DNA of 64,000 nt, taken from the NCBI GenBank assembly GCA_963781885.1, contig CAWAHW010000002.1, positions 288,001-352,000 on the forward strand, in the 5' to 3' direction. A program made the position numbers and the translations under genes. The notes below the pieces were generated by a model. It had not been told where the DNA came from and made no database searches. It saw only the letters and a program-made list of their open reading frames with translations. This stretch comes from an uncultured Spirochaetota bacterium (lineage in GTDB: Bacteria > Spirochaetota > Spirochaetia > SZUA-6 > Fen-1364). Numbering within the stretch: position 1 is the stretch's first letter; every line of letters begins with the position of its first letter. Shown piece by piece: positions 56,050 to 64,000 of this stretch.

Positions 56050-58377
56050 TCAGGAACGGCCGGCCCGTGCCGCCGCGCCCGCGTTTTTTTCCTTGTGTGT
56101 CACCCGCATGTCGGCTGCCGCGGCCACCAGGGCGCGGAGGGCAGGCTCCACTTCCTTCCACTGGCGCGTCTTCAGGCCGCAGTCGGGGTTGACCCAGAGC
56201 TGCTCCGCCGGCAGGACCTCCAGCGCTTTTGTGAGGAGCCCGTGTATCTCCTGCTCCGTCGGAACGCGCGGCGAGTGGATGTCGTAGACGCCGGGACCGA
56301 TCTCGTTCGGGTAGCGGAAGCTCTTGAAGGCGCCCAGCAGCTCCATGCGCGACCTTGCCGATTCGATGGAAAGCACGTCGGCGTCCATGGCTGCGATGGA
56401 AGGCAGGATCTCGTTGAACTCCGAGTAGCACATGTGGGTGTGGATCTGCGTGGCATCCGCGACGCCCGAGGATGCCAGGCGGAAGCTCTCCACCGCCCAT
56501 TCCAAGTAGGCCGCGCGGTCCGCCGCGCGCAGGGGAAGCCCTTCCCGCAGGGCGGGCTCGTCGATCTGGATGATGCGGATGCCGGCCGCTTCCAGGTCCG
56601 TCACTTCGTCCCGGATGGCAAGGGCGATCTGCCGGCAGGTGGCGGCGCGCGGCTGGTCGTCCCGCACGAACGACCACTGGAGGATCGTCACCGGTCCCGT
56701 GAGCATGCCCTTCATCGGCCGCGAAGTGAGGGACTGGGCGTAGGCGGACCAGCGCACCGTCATGGGCGCGGGACGCTCCACGTCGCCGTAGATGACCGGG
56801 GGCTTCACGCAGCGGGAGCCATAGCTCTGCACCCAGCCGTTCTTCGTGAAGGCGAAACCGGAAAGCATCTCGCCGAAGTATTCCACCATGTCAGTGCGCT
56901 CGCTCTCGCCGTGGACAAGGACGTCCAGGCCCATCTCTTCCTGCGTGCGCACCGTGCGCGCGATCTCCTGCTCGAGGAAGCGCTCGTAGTCCTCCCGGGA
57001 GATGTTTCCGCGGCGGAAATCGGCCCGGTGGGCGCGCACGTCACCCGTCTGCGGGAAGCTGCCGATGGTGGTCGTCGGGAAGAGGGGGAGCTTGATGGTG
57101 GCGGATTGAATCGTGCGGCGGTCCTCGTAGGGCGTGCCGCGGCGCGACATGGCCGGCGTGAGGGATGCGATCCGCGCCCGCACCGCCGCTCGCGTCACGC
57201 GCGGAGAAGCCGCGCGGCTTTGGAGCGCGCGCGTGTTCGCCTGAAGCGCGGCGCTCACGCTTGCGCCGCCGTTGTTGAGCGCCTTCGCGATGACGGCAAT
57301 CTCGTCGACCTTCTGCCGCGCAAATGACAGCCAGCCCCGCAGCTCGGGGTCCAGCTCCGTTTCAAGCTGGAGGTCCTCGGGACAATGCAGGAGCGAGCAG
57401 GAGGGCGCCACGATGAGACGATCCGGACCCAGAGCCCCCGCGACTTTCTCCGCGGTCCGCAGAGCCGCCCCGAGGTCCGCCTTCCAGATGTTGCGGCCGT
57501 CCACGAGACCGAGCGACACCGCGATGTCCCGCGGTTTCGCGGCGACGATCGCCTCTGCCTGCCCCGGTCCTCGGACCAGGTCCAGATGCAGTCCTGCCAC
57601 GGGCAGCTTCAGGACCAGATCCATATTCTCCTTGAGATCGCCAAAATAGGTCGTGAGCATGATCCGCACGGATGACGCCCTTGCCAGGCGGCCATAGACG
57701 TCGGCAAAGGCCTTTTTCCTGCGTGCATCGAGGTCGGTGACGAGCACGGGCTCGTCCATCTGCACCCACATCGCGCCTTGGGAAGCGAGCCTCTTCAGCG
57801 CCTCTTCATATACCGGGAGGACCGCATCGAGCAGGTCCAAGGGATTCGACCTGCCATCGGCGGACTTTGCCAGGGAGAGGAACGTCACGGGGCCCAGGAG
57901 CACCGGCCGCGTGTCGATCCCGAGCGACCTCGCCTCGACAAAATGATCGATCACCCGGGTCGAGGAGAGCGTGAAGCGCATGCGCGGCTCGACTTCCGGA
58001 ACGATGTAATGGTAATTCGTATCGAACCACTTCGTCATTTCCAGTGCCGGCACGTCGACGCCCGCTTCCTGGCGCCCGCGTGCCATGGCGAAATACACCG
58101 GCAGGCCGACGACCCCCGCGGGCGCCCCGTAGCGGGCGGGCACCGCGCCGAGCATGACGGCCGTGTCGAGCACGTGGTCGTACAGGGAGAAGTCCCCCGA
58201 GGGCACGAAGGTGATGCCGGCATCGCGCACGGTCTTCCAGTGATGCGCGCGGATCTGCGCCGTTTCCTCGTGCAACGCCTGTTCGCCGATCTGGGACGCC
58301 CAGTATCGCTCCAGTGCCCTCTTCAGCTCACGCCCCGCGCCGATCCGCGGGTACCCCAGCAAAGCGGTTTGTATCAT
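56050..58377 (-). CDS. metE: cobalamin-independent methionine synthase
   Basis: GYPRIG, MTKWFDTNYHY, HTHMCYSEF, WVNPDCGLKTR. Confidence 0.97.
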   Translation of the reverse strand: MIQTALLGYPRIGAGRELKRALERYWASQIGEQALHEETAQIRAHHWKTVRDAGITFVPSGDFSLYDHVLDTAVMLGAVPARYGAPAGVVGLPVYFAMARGRQEAGVDVPALEMTKWFDTNYHYIVPEVEPRMRFTLSSTRVIDHFVEARSLGIDTRPVLLGPVTFLSLAKSADGRSNPLDLLDAVLPVYEEALKRLASQGAMWVQMDEPVLVTDLDARRKKAFADVYGRLARASSVRIMLTTYFGDLKENMDLVLKLPVAGLHLDLVRGPGQAEAIVAAKPRDIAVSLGLVDGRNIWKADLGAALRTAEKVAGALGPDRLIVAPSCSLLHCPEDLQLETELDPELRGWLSFARQKVDEIAVIAKALNNGGASVSAALQANTRALQSRAASPRVTRAAVRARIASLTPAMSRRGTPYEDRRTIQSATIKLPLFPTTTIGSFPQTGDVRAHRADFRRGNISREDYERFLEQEIARTVRTQEEMGLDVLVHGESERTDMVEYFGEMLSGFAFTKNGWVQSYGSRCVKPPVIYGDVERPAPMTVRWSAYAQSLTSRPMKGMLTGPVTILQWSFVRDDQPRAATCRQIALAIRDEVTDLEAAGIRIIQIDEPALREGLPLRAADRAAYLEWAVESFRLASSGVADATQIHTHMCYSEFNEILPSIAAMDADVLSIESARSRMELLGAFKSFRYPNEIGPGVYDIHSPRVPTEQEIHGLLTKALEVLPAEQLWVNPDCGLKTRQWKEVEPALRALVAAAADMRVTHKEKNAGAAARAGRS

Positions 58378-58544
58378 AGGTGAAAGTAAGATAGGCACGT
58401 GAAGCGTTGGCAGTCAACGGAAACCGGGCCGTGCCTCGCCGCCTTTTCATCGCCTTCCGTGCGGCACAGGTCCTGCAATGGCGGCGCTGCGCCGGGCATG
58501 CGGCGGCGCGTCGTCAGCTCCGCGCTGAAATGGACGGCCTGCGT

Positions 58545-59399
58545 CTAGAATGAGGTGACGGCCTCCAGGGGAACAGCGGGATAGACCTGCCCCGGCACCG
58601 GCGGCATCGGATTGTACACCCAGTCGATTTCCGCGCACCCGCAGGCGAAGCCGCCCAGACGGCGGATGCCCTTGTACGTTCCCCGCACCAGGACGTCCTC
58701 CATGTTGAGCGTCATGCCGAAAATGGCAAGCGGGGCGCCTGCCGGTATCTCTTCCAGCTCTTCGCGATAGGCACGGAGCGAAAAGATGACCCGGTCATGG
58801 GATGCCGTCTGCGCCTGCAGAATGGGGACGATGCGCGGGAATCCATCCGCTCCAATCCACGAGGCAAACTTCAGATTCCCCATCTTGCCCAGCAGCGTAC
58901 GCGTCCACGGGTTGAGGGCCTTGCAGCCTCGGGAAGCGCCGGCGGCTGCACGCGCTGCGGCTGTTGCCAGGGAGGCTGCGACGATGCGTCCCATGGGCAG
59001 GCTCTCCCTGCCCCCGTGCGACACGAGATCGAGATAGTAGACCGTGTGGATTCCGAAATAGGCGTTGTAGCGGAACATCGGCTCGTTGTTGTAGTCGTCG
59101 TAGTCGGGACCCGCCTTCTCCGTGTGGGTATAGACGGCCTGTCCGCGCCATAGCTCCCGCTGGAGCGTCATGGCGAGAAAGCCCGTCTTGGGGTTTCTGC
59201 CGACATTGCCCTTGCTCGTGCCCTCGGTGAATTGCCCGAACGAAAGCCGTCTGGAGGAGGCCGCGCGGATGCTGCTCAGGAGCGTGAGGTGGGGGAGCCC
59301 GGCGTCGTTCACCGTGGCAAGCATGCCGATCTTCATCGCCGGCCGGAGCCCTTCGATGTCTGCGTCCTGGAATGTCGTCTGCTGCTTTTCTCCGCTCAT
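58545..59399 (-). CDS. protein with two pyridoxamine-5'-phosphate-oxidase-like split-barrel domains
   Basis: LATVNDAGLPH..SKGNVGRNPK and ASWIGADGFPRIVP; ATGA overlap with the activase stop. Confidence 0.75.
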   Translation of the reverse strand: MSGEKQQTTFQDADIEGLRPAMKIGMLATVNDAGLPHLTLLSSIRAASSRRLSFGQFTEGTSKGNVGRNPKTGFLAMTLQRELWRGQAVYTHTEKAGPDYDDYNNEPMFRYNAYFGIHTVYYLDLVSHGGRESLPMGRIVAASLATAAARAAAGASRGCKALNPWTRTLLGKMGNLKFASWIGADGFPRIVPILQAQTASHDRVIFSLRAYREELEEIPAGAPLAIFGMTLNMEDVLVRGTYKGIRRLGGFACGCAEIDWVYNPMPPVPGQVYPAVPLEAVTSF

Positions 59400-60403
59400 G
59401 ATCGTACGGTCTCCTCTATCTCGGTATGCGCCGGCCGCGTGGCGCCGGTGACGGCGACGCGCGATGGATCCACGCCCGACGCCCGCGCCCATCCTGCAAT
59501 CTCTTCGAGCTGCGATGTTTCGTACAACGGAGTTTCCGCGTACGCCCACTCCATTCCCAGCCGCCGGTACTGCTCCCGGCAGAGGTTGTTGAACGCGCAC
59601 AGCTCCCATCGCTCCAGCATGCCGTCCAGGTGCCGCGCGATGAAACGCCCGATGCCGTTGAGATTCTCCCGTGTCGCCGTTGCGCCGGGAATCAACGGCG
59701 TCCGAATCCAGAGCCGTACCCCCGCTTCCCCCGTCTCCCGGAGCCTTCGCGCAAGGAGCATGTTTTGCAGGATGGGCTCGTTCGGTTGGCCGGTGAAGGC
59801 GATGTGGGATTCCCGGTCCATGATCTTCAGGTCGAAGAGGAGGACATCAGCCTCGTTCAGCGCCCGCGTGAAAACGTCCGCGGCGGCGAATCCGCAGGTA
59901 TCAAGCGCCGTGCCGATGCCCTTTTCCTTGAGACGCCGCAGGAGCGCAGTCGTAAAAACAGACTGGGCAAGCGGCTCTCCGCCCGAAAGCGTCACCCCGC
60001 CACCCGACGATTCGTAGTAGGCCCTGTCCTTGGAAAGCTCCTCCACCAGCGCCGGAACGCTTACCCGTCTGCCCAGGAGCTCCAGCGCATTGGTCGGGCA
60101 TTCCTCGACGCAGGCGCCGCAGCCGTCGCAGCGCGCGCGATCCAGGAGGAATCCAGTGGGGCCGAAGGAGATGCAGCGGGTCGGGCAGGCCTTTTCACAC
60201 GAATGACAGCCCATGCAGCGCGTGGCATACCACTGAAGCTGCGGCTGGCCGGAGATGCTCTCGGGGTTGTGGCACCAGCGGCAGGAGAGCGGGCATCGCT
60301 TGAAAAAGACCGTCGAGCGTATCCCGGGGCCGTCCTCCGTCGAGAGGCGCTGGACGTGGAGGATGAGACCGGTGGGCTCGCCTTCGGCTTGCACGCTGCT
60401 CAC
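59396..60403 (-). CDS. glycyl-radical enzyme activating enzyme (radical SAM with ferredoxin insert)
   Basis: EDGPGIRSTVF, CPLSCRWCHNPE, CMGCHSCEKACP / CDGCGACVEECP, GGVTLSGGEP. Confidence 0.95.
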   Translation of the reverse strand: MSSVQAEGEPTGLILHVQRLSTEDGPGIRSTVFFKRCPLSCRWCHNPESISGQPQLQWYATRCMGCHSCEKACPTRCISFGPTGFLLDRARCDGCGACVEECPTNALELLGRRVSVPALVEELSKDRAYYESSGGGVTLSGGEPLAQSVFTTALLRRLKEKGIGTALDTCGFAAADVFTRALNEADVLLFDLKIMDRESHIAFTGQPNEPILQNMLLARRLRETGEAGVRLWIRTPLIPGATATRENLNGIGRFIARHLDGMLERWELCAFNNLCREQYRRLGMEWAYAETPLYETSQLEEIAGWARASGVDPSRVAVTGATRPAHTEIEETVRS

Positions 60404-62934
60404 CTCAGCGCGTGCGATTCGCGGGCGATGATCTCGTCCTGCAGCTCTTTCCCCACGGTCGTGAAATAGGCGTTGTAGCCCGTCACGCGCACCAGGAGGT
60501 GGCGGTAGTTTTCCGGGTGCGCCTGCGCGTCTTTCAGCATCTCCGCGTCGATCATGTTGATCTGCAGCGCCGAGCCTCCGTTGCGGGCATAGCCGCGCAG
60601 GTATGCGGTAAGCTTCGCGCGATGCTCGGGGTCCCGCGCCATGGTGGGGTTGAAACTGATGGTGTGGCTGCCGCCATTGGGCAGAAGGTTTTCCGTGGCA
60701 AAGCGAACCCCGTCCTTCTCCGCCTCCCCGGCGAGGACCTTGCCCACGGAGTTCGCATTGGCGGTCGGGCCGTTCGTGTCCGCTCCATTGGAGGGGCACA
60801 GCGCGTTGGAGAGGAACCTGCCCTTCGGACGCCCGTCGGGGCTCGCCGCCAGGATGAAACCGTCGGAGACCCAGTAGTTCCAGCTCAGCATGCCGGGTCT
60901 GAACTGCCGGTGCGTCGAGCGCGTCCGGTATCGCCATGTCTCCGCCGTCCACAGCTCCATGACGCGCCGCGCCATGGCGTCCGCCTCGTCGTCGTCACGG
61001 CCGTACTTCGGGGCCTTGTTGACCGCCAGGGCCTGCAGCTTTTCGTGGCCGACCCAGTTGTCCGCGAGCGCGGCGACAAGCTCCTCCATGGTACAGGCGG
61101 CGCGGTCGTAGACGAGGTACTTCACGGCGAGGAGCGAATCCACCGTTGTCGCGAATGTGACGGCCTCTATCGTCACGAAGCCTATCTCCGCGCCGCCCTG
61201 GGTCACGTCGAGGCCCTTGTCGACGCAGCCGCGCACGAGGCAGGAGAGATACGGCGTCGGCGAGAACCGCGCGCGCACGGATTCGCTCGATTCGTAGAGG
61301 TCCACCAGCTTCTTCGTGATGAAGCGGTTCTGCGCGGCATATGCCGACCAGAACTGGTCGAATGTGCGGAATGCGGCAGGATCGCCGGTGTCGGGGCCGC
61401 TTCTCTTTCGGGGATCTGTTTTCCCCGTCATGGGATCGACAAAAGGCACCAGATCATGGCCGCCCGTCAGTGCCAGCTCCACCGCCTTGAGAAGATTCAG
61501 GTTCACGTCCACCGTGCCCGACCTGTCGTTGCCCGGCATCGTGTTCTCCAGGCATCCCACCGAGGCATAGTCCGCCACGTTTCGGGGCGTGATCAGCTTT
61601 TCCATGTCCGCAAGACGCGCCTCCAGGAGCATGCCCGCCTCCGAGCGCTCGTCGAAGTTGAGGAGGAACGGCGAGCCCTGGCTGCTTGCGATCATGTCGA
61701 CGAGCTTGTCCAGGAGCCTGTCCGGCGAGGCCCGATGCAGCCGCACGTTCGGCTTGGGCTCCAGGATGGGCGACATCTCATCGATCACCTCGAGAATGGC
61801 ATAGGTCAGGTCATTCGTCATATCGCTCCCGTCCGGGCCGCGGCCCGAGAGGGAGAGGAGCTGCCCGTAGCCCGCCGTGATGCCCTGGTGCGCGCCGGTG
61901 CGTATCATGGCATCATAGGCCGTGTTGCAGTGGATCCAGAAGCATTTGAGTATTTCCTTGCCGCGCTCACGGTCCATTCCCTGGGCAAGGGACCTTTGCC
62001 AGTACGGCAGGAGGTACTGGTCGATGCGGCCGAAGGACAGGCCGGGGCCCGGATAGTTCTCGTCGCTCATGACGAGCATGTGGGTGAGCCACAGGCTCTG
62101 CACGGCCTCCCAGAAAGTGCTCGCCGGGCCCCAGGGGACAAGGGCGAGGTTCCTCGCCATCTCGCTGAGCTCCCGTGCGCGCGCGGGATCCTCTGCCGTG
62201 GCAGCGAGGCCCCGGCAGACCGTCTCGTAGCGTGCGGCCAGCTCCCGGGCCGTACCGGCGGCGATGAGCATGCCCCGAAGCTGCGCGGCGCGGCTGCCGT
62301 TTTTCTCCCGGGCCGGCAGTGCGTCCAGTGCCTGCTCGATTTCGACGGTCACGCCGCGCCATCCATTCTTGAGGATGCGCGGATAATCGGGGATCAGGTG
62401 TCCGCTTGTCGCGCCGGCATTTCCGTAGCCGTGATCGTGCGCCCATTTCACTGCCTGCCGCGTGCCTGCTTGTCCCACGACCAGGCGGTCGAACTCCGCC
62501 GCTTCCTTTCGCGTCATGCACGTGGAGGTCATGACATTGAATCGCGCACCGGCGATCAGATCACCGGGCAGCAGCTCGCAGGGCACATGGCGCGTCATGA
62601 CGTCCCGCAGGAACCAGGCGCGGCGCTCCGGCAGGCTCCACGACCAGAAGTGGGGATCGAGCTCCACGCGGCGTGCGGTCTGGCGGAAAGCTGCGCGAAA
62701 AGTCGGAAAGAACGTATAGGTTTCCGGCACGATATAGAAGGTGAGCTCGTTGAACTGGAAGTCCCACGGTGTGCCGGTGGTCCACGAGGTGAACTCGTTG
62801 TTCCATGCGCGCGCCGTGCCGCGGAAATAGTAGTCGCGCAGCCAGGCGATCCGCGGCGAAAGGTTGGAAGGGGTCTTGATTGCGTGCGGGCGTTCGGAGG
62901 GCGCACGGGACGTGGCAGTGACGTTTCCGGCCAT
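60400..62934 (-). CDS. glycyl radical enzyme of unassigned function
   Basis: Gly loop LLVRVTGY; Cys loop SVGCLEN; GRIDQYL; PKYGRDD; GGAGG SD; promoter TTGCGC-17-TATAGT. Confidence 0.93.
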   Translation of the reverse strand: MAGNVTATSRAPSERPHAIKTPSNLSPRIAWLRDYYFRGTARAWNNEFTSWTTGTPWDFQFNELTFYIVPETYTFFPTFRAAFRQTARRVELDPHFWSWSLPERRAWFLRDVMTRHVPCELLPGDLIAGARFNVMTSTCMTRKEAAEFDRLVVGQAGTRQAVKWAHDHGYGNAGATSGHLIPDYPRILKNGWRGVTVEIEQALDALPAREKNGSRAAQLRGMLIAAGTARELAARYETVCRGLAATAEDPARARELSEMARNLALVPWGPASTFWEAVQSLWLTHMLVMSDENYPGPGLSFGRIDQYLLPYWQRSLAQGMDRERGKEILKCFWIHCNTAYDAMIRTGAHQGITAGYGQLLSLSGRGPDGSDMTNDLTYAILEVIDEMSPILEPKPNVRLHRASPDRLLDKLVDMIASSQGSPFLLNFDERSEAGMLLEARLADMEKLITPRNVADYASVGCLENTMPGNDRSGTVDVNLNLLKAVELALTGGHDLVPFVDPMTGKTDPRKRSGPDTGDPAAFRTFDQFWSAYAAQNRFITKKLVDLYESSESVRARFSPTPYLSCLVRGCVDKGLDVTQGGAEIGFVTIEAVTFATTVDSLLAVKYLVYDRAACTMEELVAALADNWVGHEKLQALAVNKAPKYGRDDDEADAMARRVMELWTAETWRYRTRSTHRQFRPGMLSWNYWVSDGFILAASPDGRPKGRFLSNALCPSNGADTNGPTANANSVGKVLAGEAEKDGVRFATENLLPNGGSHTISFNPTMARDPEHRAKLTAYLRGYARNGGSALQINMIDAEMLKDAQAHPENYRHLLVRVTGYNAYFTTVGKELQDEIIARESHALR

Positions 62935-63093
62935 GGGATGATCCTCCAGATGACGTGATTCTTTTCCACTATAAACCCGCCGGCGAGAGGGCGCAAGAAA
63001 AAAGGGGTCCGGCGCTTGCATGCCGGTCCGTAAGGGGCGCTGTCTTGGAAGAGACATGTTGACCGAATGATGACGCGGGTGTACATTCTTTCT

Positions 63094-63123
63094 GTGACCC
63101 CACCCCTGGAGGGGAGGGGTCAC
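63094..63123. promoter_or_regulatory. C/G-tract inverted repeat upstream of copA (CsoR-like operator)
   Basis: GTGACCCC-A-CCCCT-GG-AGGGG-A-GGGGTCAC. Confidence 0.5.
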
Positions 63124-63135
63124 GGGGGGAGCGTC

Positions 63136-64000
63136 ATGAAGACCCAGGATATCACGGTCACCGGCATGACTTGCGCATCGTGCTCCGCGCGGGTGGAGAA
63201 GGTCGTCGGAAGGCTCGAAGGGGTCGCAAAAGCGAGCGTGAACCTTGCGACGGAGAAGCTGCATCTCGAGTACGACGAATCGCTCCTTGCGGCGGGCGCC
63301 GTGCGAAAGGCGGTGGAGGCGGCGGGGTACGGCCTTCGCGAAGAGGCAGCGGCGAAGCACGTGACGATCCCCATCGAAGGCATGACGTGCGCCTCGTGTG
63401 TCGCGCGCATCGAGAAGGTCGTGGGCAGACTCGACGGCGTCGCCGGGGTTTCCGTCAATCTCGCAACGGAGAGGGCGGACGTCACCTATGCTCCAGAGAC
63501 GGTCCGTCTCTCCGCCATCAAGAAGGCAATCACCGACGCGGGGTATACACCGCGGGAAATCGATGCGACCGAAACCGTGGACCAGGACGCGGCGCGCAAG
63601 GCGGCCGAGATACGCCTCCTGTGGACGAAGTTCATCGTCGCCGCCGCGGTGGCGGTGCCCCTCCTCTATCTCGCCATGGGGCACATGATCCCGGCGCTGA
63701 AGTTTCCGCTCCCGTGGTTCCTGGACCCCATGATGCATCCGCTTGCCTTCGCGCTGGTGCAGGTGGCGCTCGTGATACCTGCCATTGTCGCCGGCAATCG
63801 CTTCTATAGAGTGGGCGGCAAGGCACTCTGGCACCTGGCGCCGAACATGGATTCCCTCATCGCCATTGGAACCGCTGCCGCGGTGCTCTACAGCCTCTAT
63901 TCGACCTGGAGGATCGCGGCGGGCGACGTCTCCGCGGTGAGCAATCTCTATTTCGAGACTGCGGCGGTCATCATCGCCCTGATCACGCTGGGAAAAACGC
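63136..64000 (+). CDS. copA: copper-translocating P1B-type ATPase, 3'-truncated by window edge
   Basis: Two HMA domains with GMTCASC, then PNMDSLIAIG, LYFETAAVII. Confidence 0.93.
   Translation, partial: MKTQDITVTGMTCASCSARVEKVVGRLEGVAKASVNLATEKLHLEYDESLLAAGAVRKAVEAAGYGLREEAAAKHVTIPIEGMTCASCVARIEKVVGRLDGVAGVSVNLATERADVTYAPETVRLSAIKKAITDAGYTPREIDATETVDQDAARKAAEIRLLWTKFIVAAAVAVPLLYLAMGHMIPALKFPLPWFLDPMMHPLAFALVQVALVIPAIVAGNRFYRVGGKALWHLAPNMDSLIAIGTAAAVLYSLYSTWRIAAGDVSAVSNLYFETAAVIIALITLGKT

Noticed and set aside
58378-58545. SAM riboswitch upstream of metE (also checked before metY and mtnP)
   Set aside because: No SAM-I core (AUC..GAG..GCAAC..GUGC..GAU) was found, and the metE promoter sits about 10 nt from the ATG
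60400-62934. Annotation as pyruvate formate-lyase (pflB) or choline TMA-lyase (cutC)
   Set aside because: Single-Cys GCLE loop rather than PFL's Cys-Cys; the activase has a ferredoxin insert; no microcompartment or choline context
60412-62958. Long antisense or alternate-frame ORFs (e.g. 60412-62958 +, 8981-11074 -, 5510-6991 +)
   Set aside because: Shadow ORFs expected from high GC3 codon bias; no motifs and fully overlapping well-supported genes
62935-63834. 1144-aa N-terminally extended GRE from the ORF track
   Set aside because: The extension is the antisense of copA; the SD and promoter support ATG 62934

Overview
GC-rich chromosomal segment, most likely from an environmental spirochaete (Spirochaetia), judged by a 286-aa periplasmic-type FlaB flagellin and several spirochaete-style lipoproteins. 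It is mostly housekeeping and metabolic genes (trmB, dksA-like, infA, argJ, purC, clpP, mtnP, era, nth, argR, htrA, uppP, flaB, metY, phnCDE, des, metE, yitJ-like, copA), two tRNAs (Pro-TGG, Arg-TCT) and signalling genes (HD-GYP, two hybrid kinases). At least five genes carry single-base frameshifts, probably long-read assembly indels. I found no CRISPR array, prophage, IS element or reverse transcriptase. The best candidates for new biology are: (1) a coupled operon of an unassigned glycyl radical enzyme, its activase and a tandem PNPOx-like protein; (2) a beta-barrel/transglutaminase-like/TPR protein coupled to a lipoprotein with a low-GC tip; (3) a standalone ~95-nt sRNA with a consensus promoter and terminator; (4) a three-way-junction leader before mtnP; (5) a NiCo/czcD riboswitch with a translational platform; (6) a tyrosine recombinase lacking its catalytic Tyr; (7) a structured uORF leader. 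All calls come from reading motifs by eye; no database searches were run.
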